This document shows, one piece after another, positions 19,910-29,345 of a stretch of DNA of 64,000 nucleotides (position 1 is its first letter; every line of letters starts with the position of its first letter). The stretch lies in IMG/VR virus record IMGVR_UViG_3300000439_000006; one strand, given 5' to 3'. A program made the position numbers and the translations under genes. This DNA is from a virus (lineage: Duplodnaviria > Heunggongvirae > Uroviricota > Caudoviricetes). Below the pieces are notes generated by a model. The model saw nothing but the letters and a program-made list of their open reading frames with translations, did no database searches and was not told the origin of the DNA.

Positions 19910-21853
19910 TTAAAATAATGATAGTTGGGTACAGTCTCGACTCTTCACCTTTTCTATCTGATTTATCTCCTTGTAGATAGACTCTAAATAATAACTCATA
20001 TCTATGTTATAATCCTGGAAGGGTTTGTTTACAAGCTCATTCATTACAACCTGACGCCACTTACCCGCTTCAACCTGCATTTCTCTTCCATCGTTATGAC
20101 ACTTCAATAGTTTAGTACCTTGTTTAGATACATAATATCGTACAATCTTCTTAAGCTTGTGTTTTACTTCCTGGTTATTGATAAAGTCTCTACCTTCATA
20201 CCACCAGTCCCCTTTGGCTTTAACACCAGCACAATAATCAAAGATGTTTTGGTTAGCTGCTAAGAAGTCTTCTGGTTTTGTTCCGTGTATAAAATATGCG
20301 TGGATAGCTTTAGGGATAATCAAGAATGACTTATTCTTATGAAGAGTAGCCACAGCTTTCTTATCCAGATCTTCCCACTCAAATCTACCTTTACACTTAA
20401 CCTTTCCTTTCTTGTTAACAGCCATATAATTATTTACATCACCAATAATCATCTTTGTATACTCGTCATGTTCTAGCTGCAGCTTAGTTAGGAGCTCCCA
20501 CTGATGACATATCGCCATATACTTTGATGCATCATTCATAGGAATCATCATCTCCAAGCCATCTGTGTTCTGCATCAGCGGTCTGGCGTCCGGGATAGCT
20601 TCTAAAAGCATCTCGTACAACATACTTAGTAGTAGTTGACCATTCACAGTAATCTGCATAGTGAACTTAGGATCATATAGGAAACTATTCTCATCACCAG
20701 ATAACCCGTATGTAGAATTCAGGATGATCTTATACACATAGTTTTTAGGATCACTCTTAGGAATCTTCACTCTCTCATCAAAGAACCACTCATATTGTTC
20801 ACAAAAAGCTTTCTGATTAATATGTTCTGGATGAAAACCATTACGTATGGCTAAATTAGGATAATAACTTGTTACATCTGAGGTCATTATTACCCAGCCA
20901 GGTTTGGCTTCATATACGCCCATCTCTGCAGCACCATGTATTCCACCTAAGCCATAGTCTGTTTTAACACCGCGGTTGGTTACGGAATACTTAAACCCGT
21001 CCTTGGTAGATGTTATAACAGTCTTCTTAAAGAAGTCATGAAGCTTTTGGAAGTTTGGTGTTGTAAACTTAACGTAAGGAAGTATACAATCAGCTAAAAC
21101 TATATGTGTCCGAGGAGTACGCATGTCTCTGATATCATTCTTTTCCATCCCAAGTTTTTTACTCAGGAAGTGTAAGAACAACTCTTTGGATATGCGCGGC
21201 TCTGAAGCAGAGTAAAGATCTATTCCATAATCTTTTGTAAGAAGCTTACGTAAAGCGATCTGTTCTTTAGATAGGTTCAACACTTTCTTAGTGCTTCGTA
21301 CATCATTAATACAATAACTAACAATCTCTTGTAGTTGTTCTTTACTGGTCACCGGAGTGGTGTGATGATGAGGCATCTCTTCAACGTTAAACCAATCCAT
21401 GGAATATTGTATCCACTTAAGAGAAGACATCTTTGCTTTATTATCCCAGTGATTAAGCTTAAACAGATCTATCTGTTTTATCTTAAGTTTCTTAGGACTG
21501 AACTCCGCAAACGAGTTCGTGTTTTTACGGTTGATTACATCCTGTGCGTAGCCATAAAGCCAGGTAGCCACTTGTTCTCCAGTCATACCTGATAACATTT
21601 GTCTTTCTCTGATGATCTTTTCAGATATCTGAGCGTCAAAAGCTAGTCCGTTAAAGCTGATGTGCCACTGTCCTTTCTCTGCGCAAGTTTGTAAGAAAGC
21701 TAATAGTTTTGGAAAATCATTTTGATCTTTGTTAATGATAAAAACTTCAGCTATGTCATCGTCTTTGTAATGCTCGAACACTCCGATAAAGCAATTGACA
21801 AGTGTTTCGTAATCCATCACCCAATGGCATGCCTTAGATTGTTGTGTTTGCAT
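19910..21853 (-). CDS. Compact family-B DNA polymerase with 3'-5' exonuclease
   Basis: Exo I DYET, Exo II FNGLAFD and Exo III YCIND are present. Pol motif A is DVTSYYPN (DxxSLYPS), motif B is KIILNSTYG (KxxxNSxYG), and motif C is NTDG. 647 aa. Confidence 0.75.
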   Translation of the reverse strand: MQTQQSKACHWVMDYETLVNCFIGVFEHYKDDDIAEVFIINKDQNDFPKLLAFLQTCAEKGQWHISFNGLAFDAQISEKIIRERQMLSGMTGEQVATWLYGYAQDVINRKNTNSFAEFSPKKLKIKQIDLFKLNHWDNKAKMSSLKWIQYSMDWFNVEEMPHHHTTPVTSKEQLQEIVSYCINDVRSTKKVLNLSKEQIALRKLLTKDYGIDLYSASEPRISKELFLHFLSKKLGMEKNDIRDMRTPRTHIVLADCILPYVKFTTPNFQKLHDFFKKTVITSTKDGFKYSVTNRGVKTDYGLGGIHGAAEMGVYEAKPGWVIMTSDVTSYYPNLAIRNGFHPEHINQKAFCEQYEWFFDERVKIPKSDPKNYVYKIILNSTYGLSGDENSFLYDPKFTMQITVNGQLLLSMLYEMLLEAIPDARPLMQNTDGLEMMIPMNDASKYMAICHQWELLTKLQLEHDEYTKMIIGDVNNYMAVNKKGKVKCKGRFEWEDLDKKAVATLHKNKSFLIIPKAIHAYFIHGTKPEDFLAANQNIFDYCAGVKAKGDWWYEGRDFINNQEVKHKLKKIVRYYVSKQGTKLLKCHNDGREMQVEAGKWRQVVMNELVNKPFQDYNIDMSYYLESIYKEINQIEKVKSRDCTQLSLF

Positions 21854-22409
21854 CTTGTAAGTAGTTTATAGCTTTTTGAAGAAGTAGTATAGAATCTGCT
21901 AGTTTACCTATACCATTATTACAGTTGTTACATAAGAGACCTCTGACTTTACCTGTACTATGACAATGATCAACGTGAAGAGTACCTACTATTTCAGTAG
22001 ATTTATCACAGATTTTACAACAGTTATTTTGTTGACAAAGCATTTCTTCATAGCGATCATATGTCATATCAAGAATTCCTCGTTCTTTCCATATTTTTTC
22101 TTTGTTTTTCTTCCATCCATTGCGATGATAATAAGAGTTAAGATCTTTTATCTTGTGAAAAGTAGTAGTCGAAACACCATTTTTTCTTAGTCTACGCATA
22201 GCATTTATTCTATCTTTATTTTTGTGATAGTAGTCTAAAGCTTTACTATTATAAGAGACTTGATTATCCTTTCTATACTTTCTTTGTTTTACTGCATTAC
22301 ACTGGTTACAACTAGTTGTATAACCAGTATTGTTATATTGATCTTTACGAAACTCTTTTATAGCTTTTTCTATATTACAATTGTTGCATATTAATGTTAC
22401 ATTATCCAT
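21834..22409 (-). CDS. Endonuclease VII-like (HNH/His-Me) junction-resolving nuclease
   Basis: HVDHCHSTGKVRGLLCNNCN closely resembles the T4 endonuclease VII core (DHDH...GKVRGLLC..CN). An N-terminal CxxC is also present. Confidence 0.7.
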   Translation of the reverse strand: MDNVTLICNNCNIEKAIKEFRKDQYNNTGYTTSCNQCNAVKQRKYRKDNQVSYNSKALDYYHKNKDRINAMRRLRKNGVSTTTFHKIKDLNSYYHRNGWKKNKEKIWKERGILDMTYDRYEEMLCQQNNCCKICDKSTEIVGTLHVDHCHSTGKVRGLLCNNCNNGIGKLADSILLLQKAINYLQDANTTI

Positions 22410-22452
22410 ATATATAGTTGTTCAGTTAAGCTGTTCCCCCGTTTTAGATAAA

Positions 22453-22479
22453 GGCCAAAAAAGGAGACACAAGGTCTCC
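22453..22479 (-). terminator. Intrinsic terminator (minus strand)
   Basis: On the minus strand, a GGAGAC-cttgt-GTCTCC hairpin is followed by TTTTTTGG. Confidence 0.55.
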
Positions 22480-22502
22480 TTCTTAGCCGGTTTTGGTTTT
22501 AT

Positions 22503-22913
22503 TTAGACTGTGACAATAGTCTTAGCTGGAGCTGCAGCAGGTGGGTTAAACGCTTCGTCCAGAATCGTAAGATTACTAAACGTATCAGCGTTTACAGCGA
22601 ACATGTTGATGAAAGCTTTAATCTCATCTTGATCTCCTATGAAATACTCATAGAAAGTCTCGAGAGCTTTTCTTTCTTCCGCATAGTCTTTACCATTAGC
22701 GCGTTTACCTATCTTCATTACAGTAGGATCGCCCCATTCATTCAACTTAGCCATCATATGAAAGGTTTCTTTCTTTTCCTTTCCTATTACAGCTAACACT
22801 TTATCTTCTGGATCAAAGATCACCTCGTTATAAGGCGCATCGTTTGTCACAGGAATCATCTTGAAGGTTTTTCTAACTCCCCAAGAGGACGTGATTAACA
22901 ACATCGATTTCAT
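22503..22913 (-). CDS. Hypothetical protein
   Basis: 136-aa ORF. Confidence 0.45.
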   Translation of the reverse strand: MKSMLLITSSWGVRKTFKMIPVTNDAPYNEVIFDPEDKVLAVIGKEKKETFHMMAKLNEWGDPTVMKIGKRANGKDYAEERKALETFYEYFIGDQDEIKAFINMFAVNADTFSNLTILDEAFNPPAAAPAKTIVTV

Positions 22914-22925
22914 ACATCTAAATAT

Positions 22926-23477
22926 TTAGTTTTGCAAAACTAGTTCTTTTTCTCTTATACTCAAAGTTTCTTTTTCAGAGTTGTATTTATCACACAACTC
23001 ACCGACTTCTTTGAGTAACTTTACACTCACATCTAATAGTTTAGCATATACATCCATAAACTTCTCGGGATAGAGATAGGTCTCTATATACTGATACTCT
23101 GACGAGGTTTCACCGTAATAATTTTTGATAAGGAGTTTTAACTCTCGGGACAACTTAGAATACTTTCCTTCAAGGAAATGTTTCCAGTCGTTAGCCCACT
23201 TATCAAAGTTAAACACATACAGTTTAAACTCATCCGCGTCTATAACATATTCAAATAATGGATTGGATGTTAACACATCACTTTCAAACGTTTTGAAGAT
23301 ATCGCTATCTTCAGCTTTATACGCACATATTAACTTTCTATCCTCTACAGAGATCTTTCCTTCTATTGAAAGATAGACACTTGTTGGATTAAATAAACTC
23401 ATCTTCTTTATACCAAGTGCGGGAAACAAAAAAGATCTTGACTTTTGAAAATACTTTCCGTATAAGCTAGTTATCAT
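22926..23477 (-). CDS. Hypothetical protein
   Basis: 183-aa ORF. Confidence 0.45.
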   Translation of the reverse strand: MITSLYGKYFQKSRSFLFPALGIKKMSLFNPTSVYLSIEGKISVEDRKLICAYKAEDSDIFKTFESDVLTSNPLFEYVIDADEFKLYVFNFDKWANDWKHFLEGKYSKLSRELKLLIKNYYGETSSEYQYIETYLYPEKFMDVYAKLLDVSVKLLKEVGELCDKYNSEKETLSIREKELVLQN

Positions 23478-23486
23478 ATGTTTTTC

Positions 23487-24500
23487 TTATAAGACTACGT
23501 TTCCCGTAGCAAATTCATACGGAAGCGTAAAGTCTTTGTTTATATAATGCCACTCAGCTTTCTTTAGAACGTCTTGCATCCTTTCAAGCCAGCTGTTTAG
23601 CGTTGTTTGACTCACTGGAAACGCATAGGTTTGGAACGTTTTGTCTATAACAACAAAGTGAAACTTAAGATCATAACCTCCTACATCAATAAGATGAGAA
23701 TAACTCATAGCCACTAAGGAACAGTAGATAACTGCTTGTAACCAATATGAATAAAACTCAACTGTTTCAGGAAAATCTTTTAGATCTTTACTGGTAGTTT
23801 TGATATCGTTAATACGAATCTCTTTCTTATCATGATCTAAAACTATGTTGTCTAAAATACCTTTTATACCAAATGGTTTTCCAACCACTTCCATTTGAAG
23901 CTCTGTTTCATTAAGAACTTCAACATTATCAAACTCAGAAACACTACATCCAATAAGCTGACATATTTTTTTATCTTGTTTGATGAGCTCTACGGCTCCT
24001 TTACAATAGTCATAATCTTCTTGAGATATAAGAATCTTTCCTTGTTTCATCTTAAGATGTTCCCAATACGCAATGGTTTCAGGTGTGATGATTTTGGCAA
24101 CCCTTTGTTGATCTGTATTTAACTTCTGGTGTAGGTTGATATCTTTCAACACTTGAACGATCTCAGCTTCATACTCTGTAAGGAGTAGTCTGTTCTCATC
24201 TCTGTATTGTCTAAACACAGTGTCCACCACCTGTCTCGTATTACCTGCAGGAAGTATTTCGGAAGAGATCAGAAACATCTTGTCAAAGTTTTCTTCTTCT
24301 AATAGAAGACAATGGACTAGTCGTCCCTGAACTAAATGACTTTCTGGTTTTTCCTCTTTGTTTCCTAGCACATACAGCTGATAGAAAATGGCGGGGTTCC
24401 ACATAAGCTGTTTTAACGAGCTATAACTAAACACCATTTTCTTTTGATAGAACTCATCTTCCAGATGTTCCATCGTCTCTCTTAATAAATCATCTAGCAT
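23487..24500 (-). CDS. PD-(D/E)xK (RecB/Cas4-like) nuclease; start probably at the internal Met (MLDDLL...)
   Basis: GILDNIVLDHDKKEIRINDIKTT follows the D...(I/V)xDxK(T) pattern of RecB-family nucleases. Confidence 0.5.
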   Translation of the reverse strand: MLDDLLRETMEHLEDEFYQKKMVFSYSSLKQLMWNPAIFYQLYVLGNKEEKPESHLVQGRLVHCLLLEEENFDKMFLISSEILPAGNTRQVVDTVFRQYRDENRLLLTEYEAEIVQVLKDINLHQKLNTDQQRVAKIITPETIAYWEHLKMKQGKILISQEDYDYCKGAVELIKQDKKICQLIGCSVSEFDNVEVLNETELQMEVVGKPFGIKGILDNIVLDHDKKEIRINDIKTTSKDLKDFPETVEFYSYWLQAVIYCSLVAMSYSHLIDVGGYDLKFHFVVIDKTFQTYAFPVSQTTLNSWLERMQDVLKKAEWHYINKDFTLPYEFATGNVVL

Positions 24501-24897
24501 CTTGTATAGATATGTTTTGTTTTTTACGATATTCAAGTTCTTCTTCAAATAGTTTCTTTCTCCACTGATGCATCTCGTATACATCTACGATGGCTCTTAT
24601 ATGACCATCGCTCATTTCTGATAGGGATATATATCTCAATGGTTTATCTCCATCTTTACCTCGGGTTCCCCATATAGGAACTCCACGACAAAGATCAAAT
24701 CCATCTGACAAATATACGGGACGTGGTTCAACTAATGTCATATCTTTTCCACCACAACGTATATAGTCGGTTCCTCCATCAGCCATGGTTTCATTAGGAC
24801 ACCCACACAATACATAGTCGTGTCTATGCATAGACATTATTGTTTTACCACACGCTTTACAAAACACTCTATTAAGTACTAGTTGACTCATCTTCAT
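24490..24897 (-). CDS. Hypothetical Zn-ribbon protein
   Basis: 135 aa with CKACGKT...CGCP cysteine pairs. Confidence 0.4.
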   Translation of the reverse strand: MKMSQLVLNRVFCKACGKTIMSMHRHDYVLCGCPNETMADGGTDYIRCGGKDMTLVEPRPVYLSDGFDLCRGVPIWGTRGKDGDKPLRYISLSEMSDGHIRAIVDVYEMHQWRKKLFEEELEYRKKQNISIQDAR

Positions 24898-25108
24898 TTT
24901 TTTTTGGTTTTTCCCAAACTCCTTTTTCTTCTAAAAATAGACGAATACGATCAGCTGTTCTTTTATCTGTAGTGAAAGCTTCAGTGAGTTCTATAAATCT
25001 ATAAACCTCATGGAGCTCTTTCTCATAATAATCAGCCTGATGTTTAGCTATCGGATTTTCTACGAATGCTGACATGGTTTCTATCATTTTGTGTTTTAAT
25101 GTTTCCAC
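24872..25108 (-). CDS. Hypothetical protein
   Basis: 78-aa ORF. Confidence 0.35.
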   Translation of the reverse strand: METLKHKMIETMSAFVENPIAKHQADYYEKELHEVYRFIELTEAFTTDKRTADRIRLFLEEKGVWEKPKKNEDESTST

Positions 25109-25800
25109 TTATACCCTCCAGCTGTTTTAGATAGCCCAGATAAACAATTTCTAATAGCTCCTCTATAAATACCTAATTGTTCTGAAGGTTCTTTTGTACC
25201 ACTCCATTTTTGTATAAAAGTTCCTTGTTTATCATATTGATAAATCGTTTTACTTTTACTTATACGAGAACTTTTTGGACAATAGGAAGTAATCTTATCA
25301 TATTTTACAAATCTCCATTGGTAACCACCTGCAGAAGGAGTTCGTCCATTTACCGCATTGTATATATCACAGGAGTATTGTTTTTTAGCTTTTGCTATAC
25401 TACTAAAAGATTGTATATAATCCCCAGATAAAGAGTATTGATGTACTTCTTTAGAGTTTTTATTAATAGATGCTTTTGTAGCTAAAGCTTTTATTTCAGA
25501 ATCATCTTTAACTATGTTACATAATATTCCTGTATTATTCCAAGAGTATCCATACTTAATAATCAACTCTGTTTCTTTTAATAAACATTCTTTTTCTATT
25601 TCAAACTCTTCAAGTATCTCCACTTTATAAGGAGTCTTATTAACAATATTCAACCAATAGTTATTTCTAGAATCTTTAGTATAAGCTCTATGATAGATAT
25701 TTCCTTTAGACTTTTTAGTACCTTTTCCAATGTAAAAAATAACATTGGTGTCTAGTCTTCTATGTTGATAAAGATAATATTTCTTGTTTATGTCTTCCAT
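25096..25800 (-). CDS. GIY-YIG homing endonuclease (freestanding)
   Basis: N-terminal YYLYQHRR...IFYIGKG is a GIY-YIG motif. C-terminal GGYQWRF and GGYKWKH are NUMOD-like DNA-binding repeats. Confidence 0.75.
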   Translation of the reverse strand: MEDINKKYYLYQHRRLDTNVIFYIGKGTKKSKGNIYHRAYTKDSRNNYWLNIVNKTPYKVEILEEFEIEKECLLKETELIIKYGYSWNNTGILCNIVKDDSEIKALATKASINKNSKEVHQYSLSGDYIQSFSSIAKAKKQYSCDIYNAVNGRTPSAGGYQWRFVKYDKITSYCPKSSRISKSKTIYQYDKQGTFIQKWSGTKEPSEQLGIYRGAIRNCLSGLSKTAGGYKWKH

Positions 25801-25827
25801 ATAACAAAGATATGAAAATATGACATA

Positions 25828-26235
25828 TTAAACAAGTTTATTTTTTTCTCTATCATCTTTGGTCTTTTTGTCATGGCAATGGGTACACAAAATTTGTAAA
25901 TTATTTTTTTCACAGAAAAGTCTACTGATGAATCCATCAAGATCAGCGCTACAGTTTAACGCTCCGGCACCTATGATGTGATCCACATTAATAAGCTTCT
26001 CTATAAACCATCCTTTACAATGAGCACATTGATACTCGTATTTCTGTCTTTTATTAGGTCCAACATAAAGACGTCTAGCTTCTTGTTTGGCTTGACTTAT
26101 AGGCGGCCACCATCGACTCTTTTGTCTCAGTGCACTACGTATAAATGTCCAATAAGCTGCTTCACTCATTGTACCACCAGCCCTAGTTTTTTCACCACGG
26201 GGCTTCCTCGCTGTCACTTTCTTCTTCGCTTTCAT
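25828..26235 (-). CDS. HNH homing endonuclease (start taken at the internal MKAKKK)
   Basis: CAHCKGWF...INVDHIIG...CTHCHDKKT is an HNH motif. The 5' end overlaps the primase 3' end. Confidence 0.65.
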   Translation of the reverse strand: MKAKKKVTARKPRGEKTRAGGTMSEAAYWTFIRSALRQKSRWWPPISQAKQEARRLYVGPNKRQKYEYQCAHCKGWFIEKLINVDHIIGAGALNCSADLDGFISRLFCEKNNLQILCTHCHDKKTKDDREKNKLV

Positions 26236-27217
26236 TTTGCAAAGATATAAGTTTACTGTTAATAATAGGAACAATCCTATTTCTAACAGACAACGGGCCG
26301 TGGTCACGAATACTATCTGAAGGATCTTTACTCATAGGAAGAAGACACACTTCTACATAAGGATATACTTCCTTATATTTTCTCATAGCTTCTATTCCTG
26401 GTTCATCATTATCAAACAGAACAAGTATCTTCTTATACATCATCACATAGTTATCCATGTCTCCTGGTTTAATCAGAGTGTTCTCTGAATCAGGAGCAAT
26501 AATATCCAGCTTCTGGAGCTTCAGACTTTTTATGGCCATGATGTCCTTGAGACTAGATGTGATGAGTAGATATGGGTTACCTGTTGTCTGATCAGATCCT
26601 TGTATATAATCTTTCACCTTAAGAAACTTTTTATCAAGTGTCTTAGGTTGATAAATCTTATACAGAGTTCCATCCTTTCTAAAGTATCCGTATATATAAC
26701 TTCCGGAAATGGTTAATGTTATAGGACCTTCGTCAGTGTTCTTCTCCATGAGATAACTTTGAAGAGGTCTTACATTGTATTCAGCTAGTAGCTTTGATCC
26801 TATGTTAAACTGAGTCCATAAATACTGATCTTTAGATGTCCAATCTCTAAACGTAACACTGGTAACTTTGTACCTTGAGTGTTTTTTAAAGTCTTGCATA
26901 TCATATCCTCCATTGTTATGAAGGACGTAATCATTGTATGTTTCTATAATTAGCTGTGAGGCTTCGTGGAAAGACATATGATGTAGTTCTTTTACAAGAT
27001 CTACAGCTGAGCCGCCTCGTCCTGTAGAAAAATCTTTATACCTGTATTCACTATTACAATAGATAGTGAAGCTAGGAGTCTTTTCTTTAGGATTAAACAA
27101 ACTCTTTATCTTAACCTCTTGGCCTGTAAGCTTTTCTTTGAGCTTACAAAAATGCTCAAAGATCCATGGAACAGGTACCGATTTAACATCGTGTACAAGA
27201 TTCTTAGTGTTAAACAT
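26192..27217 (-). CDS. DnaG-type DNA primase (zinc-binding domain plus TOPRIM)
   Basis: N-terminal KEKTPSF...DFSTGRGGSAVDLV is CHC2 zinc-finger-like. VLFDNDEPGIEA is a TOPRIM DxD motif. Confidence 0.7.
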   Translation of the reverse strand: MFNTKNLVHDVKSVPVPWIFEHFCKLKEKLTGQEVKIKSLFNPKEKTPSFTIYCNSEYRYKDFSTGRGGSAVDLVKELHHMSFHEASQLIIETYNDYVLHNNGGYDMQDFKKHSRYKVTSVTFRDWTSKDQYLWTQFNIGSKLLAEYNVRPLQSYLMEKNTDEGPITLTISGSYIYGYFRKDGTLYKIYQPKTLDKKFLKVKDYIQGSDQTTGNPYLLITSSLKDIMAIKSLKLQKLDIIAPDSENTLIKPGDMDNYVMMYKKILVLFDNDEPGIEAMRKYKEVYPYVEVCLLPMSKDPSDSIRDHGPLSVRNRIVPIINSKLISLQNESEEESDSEEAPW

Positions 27218-27224
27218 AAAAACT

Positions 27225-27259
27225 TTTTTAAAAAAATAAGGGGCCCTGTTAAGAGCCCC
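27225..27259 (-). terminator. Intrinsic terminator (minus strand)
   Basis: A GGGGC...GCCCC hairpin is followed on the minus strand by TTATTTTTTT. Confidence 0.55.
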
Positions 27260-27278
27260 TTAATATATCTCGACAATA

Positions 27279-27896
27279 TTACATGTCGAATTCACTAGGC
27301 TCGAAGCTTGCCACTTTCTGACTTGGAGCTAATGGTTTGAAATGATAGATGTTAGTCTTATCAAATACATCCAGCTTAGCTTTATTAGCAGCTACAAACT
27401 TATACTTAGGAAGAGACAGTTTTAAAATGGTTTTACCATTATACTCTTCTTCAGTACCTTTTAAGAACCAGTTGGTATCATGTCCTTTAAGAACATCGAT
27501 AGCCAAGCTAACCCATTGTTCAATACTAGTCACTTCGTTAGAAGCGCTGATTTGATCCACTTGTTTTCTTAAGCCAAGTTCGTTAGCGATAACAACAATC
27601 TTACTCAAGATCTCATTTTTGTTAAGCTCTTGTGCGTTGAACTGGTCAGTCCAAGAGGTTGCTGTCACTTTACTACTTTGACCTTTAAACTTAGGTCCTT
27701 CTGGGTTGTTCTTATCGATCGCCCATCCTTCAAAGTCTGGAAGAGCAGGTCCTTCTAGAACAAGCTCTAACACTTTTTTATCACCTTTAGATGACGTTCT
27801 CACTGTGCCACTTACTATATGGGCATTTACTACTCCTGGTTGGAGACTCTTTTGTACTCCACCACCTTTTACTTCTTGTCCTTGTGTACTAAACAT
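27279..27896 (-). CDS. Hypothetical protein; an SSB-like role is possible but unsupported
   Basis: 205-aa ORF inside the replication module. Confidence 0.4.
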   Translation of the reverse strand: MFSTQGQEVKGGGVQKSLQPGVVNAHIVSGTVRTSSKGDKKVLELVLEGPALPDFEGWAIDKNNPEGPKFKGQSSKVTATSWTDQFNAQELNKNEILSKIVVIANELGLRKQVDQISASNEVTSIEQWVSLAIDVLKGHDTNWFLKGTEEEYNGKTILKLSLPKYKFVAANKAKLDVFDKTNIYHFKPLAPSQKVASFEPSEFDM

Positions 27897-27910
27897 ACCG
27901 GATTGGTTTA

Positions 27911-28594
27911 TTAATTTTCGTAATCTATGATAGCTTTTCTTACAACTTCTAAATCATTGGCTATCTCCAATGTTAGAAACATACCTCTCGGAGACTTACA
28001 GGTATTATCTCCTGATGTTTGGGTTTCAAAAACATAACGAAGTAGTCCTTCTTTATCTTTTTTCACTTTACCAAACAGTACAATGGAAAACAAACCTTCT
28101 AGTGTCAGCTTGTCGTCTATAAGTTTGCCAATTGTCTTTGCTTTAACTCTACGTCTTCCTTCAATATCAACACTTTCTTCTGAATGAGTTAGATAAAAAA
28201 TAGTAAGATCTTCTCTTAAATTCTGAGGAAGTCTAGACAATCGAGCTAATTTACCTCCGATCTGACTAAATTTTTCATACCCTTTCTCATTTATTTTATC
28301 AAAGAACTCAAACGAACTTACGTATTGAAAATCATCTACCACTACAGTTTTGATTTCAGGACGTTTTTCGCTTACATAACGTATACAAGCTTCGATACTT
28401 TCCGCGTCACTCTTATTAATGATGTTACCTGTTGGGTTTTCTTTACTCCAACCAACATATCTATTCTTCCATCCTTTGAATGGAAGAGGTTTGTTAGCAA
28501 CGTTAATAATAAAAGTTTCCTTTGGATTAAGGTTTTCGATACTTGTACTTTTGCCGGAGCCACTCTCCGCAATAACTAATACTCCTCTAGCCAT
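27911..28594 (-). CDS. P-loop ATPase, AAA_24 / Sak4-like RecA-fold
   Basis: N-terminal VLVIAESGSGKST is Walker A. VVVDDFQYV is Walker-B-like. 227 aa, typical of small phage recombination ATPases. Confidence 0.5.
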   Translation of the reverse strand: MARGVLVIAESGSGKSTSIENLNPKETFIINVANKPLPFKGWKNRYVGWSKENPTGNIINKSDAESIEACIRYVSEKRPEIKTVVVDDFQYVSSFEFFDKINEKGYEKFSQIGGKLARLSRLPQNLREDLTIFYLTHSEESVDIEGRRRVKAKTIGKLIDDKLTLEGLFSIVLFGKVKKDKEGLLRYVFETQTSGDNTCKSPRGMFLTLEIANDLEVVRKAIIDYEN

Positions 28595-28604
28595 GATACT
28601 TTTT

Positions 28605-29345
28605 TTACTTTTGATTTTTGATTAAATCGTTTAACCAAGACTTGAACGATACAGGGTTTCCTGTATGTATGGCATAGTAGTCCCGGATAGTCATCTCAGA
28701 ATAAGGAGCGTCAGCCTCAGATGCTAAAGCTGGAGCTTGCACCGGAGTTTTGAAGAAAGTGACAGCTTTACCTGTTTCTTTCTTTTCTTGCTTCCTCTCA
28801 CTTTCTAAAAACTTATCACTACTTGTAGCTGCAGCTGTCTTAGCTATTGCTGCGCTAGTTGGATTAACAACTCTCAACTCTTCTAAAGGAACATAGAATG
28901 AACCTCTTTCGTTCATCTCATATTCTTCTTCAAAGTGAGGATTGTAAGGTACACGGTAAACCGTTCTTTCGGGAGAAGCCGGTTTATAGTCTCGATCGAT
29001 CAGCTCAAAGAACAACCCATTGGGCCTTTTGAACTCAGAGGGAAAAATCCCCACTACGGTTTTACCTACATTCTTACCTGTGTTAGTATAAAACCCCATC
29101 TTCATCTGAAAATCGTTGGGTGTTATACCTAGGTCACGGATTAAATCATCGTGATCCTTTCTAATAACTGCAAGCTGATGCGCTTTGTAGTCTGCTTCTG
29201 TTGCGAAGCCATCGTAAACTCCTGACATGTGTCGTGTGTTTGTTGTGAAAAATGTGTTTGTTAGGTGGTTCTCCATCTTGGAGCCTTTCCAGATCCACCA
29301 CCTGTAGGATTGGAAACGGTTGGAGGCATTGATTCCCTCATACAA
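28605..29345 (-). CDS. Hypothetical protein; the true start is probably an internal Met because the 5' end overlaps the helicase gene
   Basis: 246-aa ORF. Confidence 0.4.
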   Translation of the reverse strand: MYEGINASNRFQSYRWWIWKGSKMENHLTNTFFTTNTRHMSGVYDGFATEADYKAHQLAVIRKDHDDLIRDLGITPNDFQMKMGFYTNTGKNVGKTVVGIFPSEFKRPNGLFFELIDRDYKPASPERTVYRVPYNPHFEEEYEMNERGSFYVPLEELRVVNPTSAAIAKTAAATSSDKFLESERKQEKKETGKAVTFFKTPVQAPALASEADAPYSEMTIRDYYAIHTGNPVSFKSWLNDLIKNQK

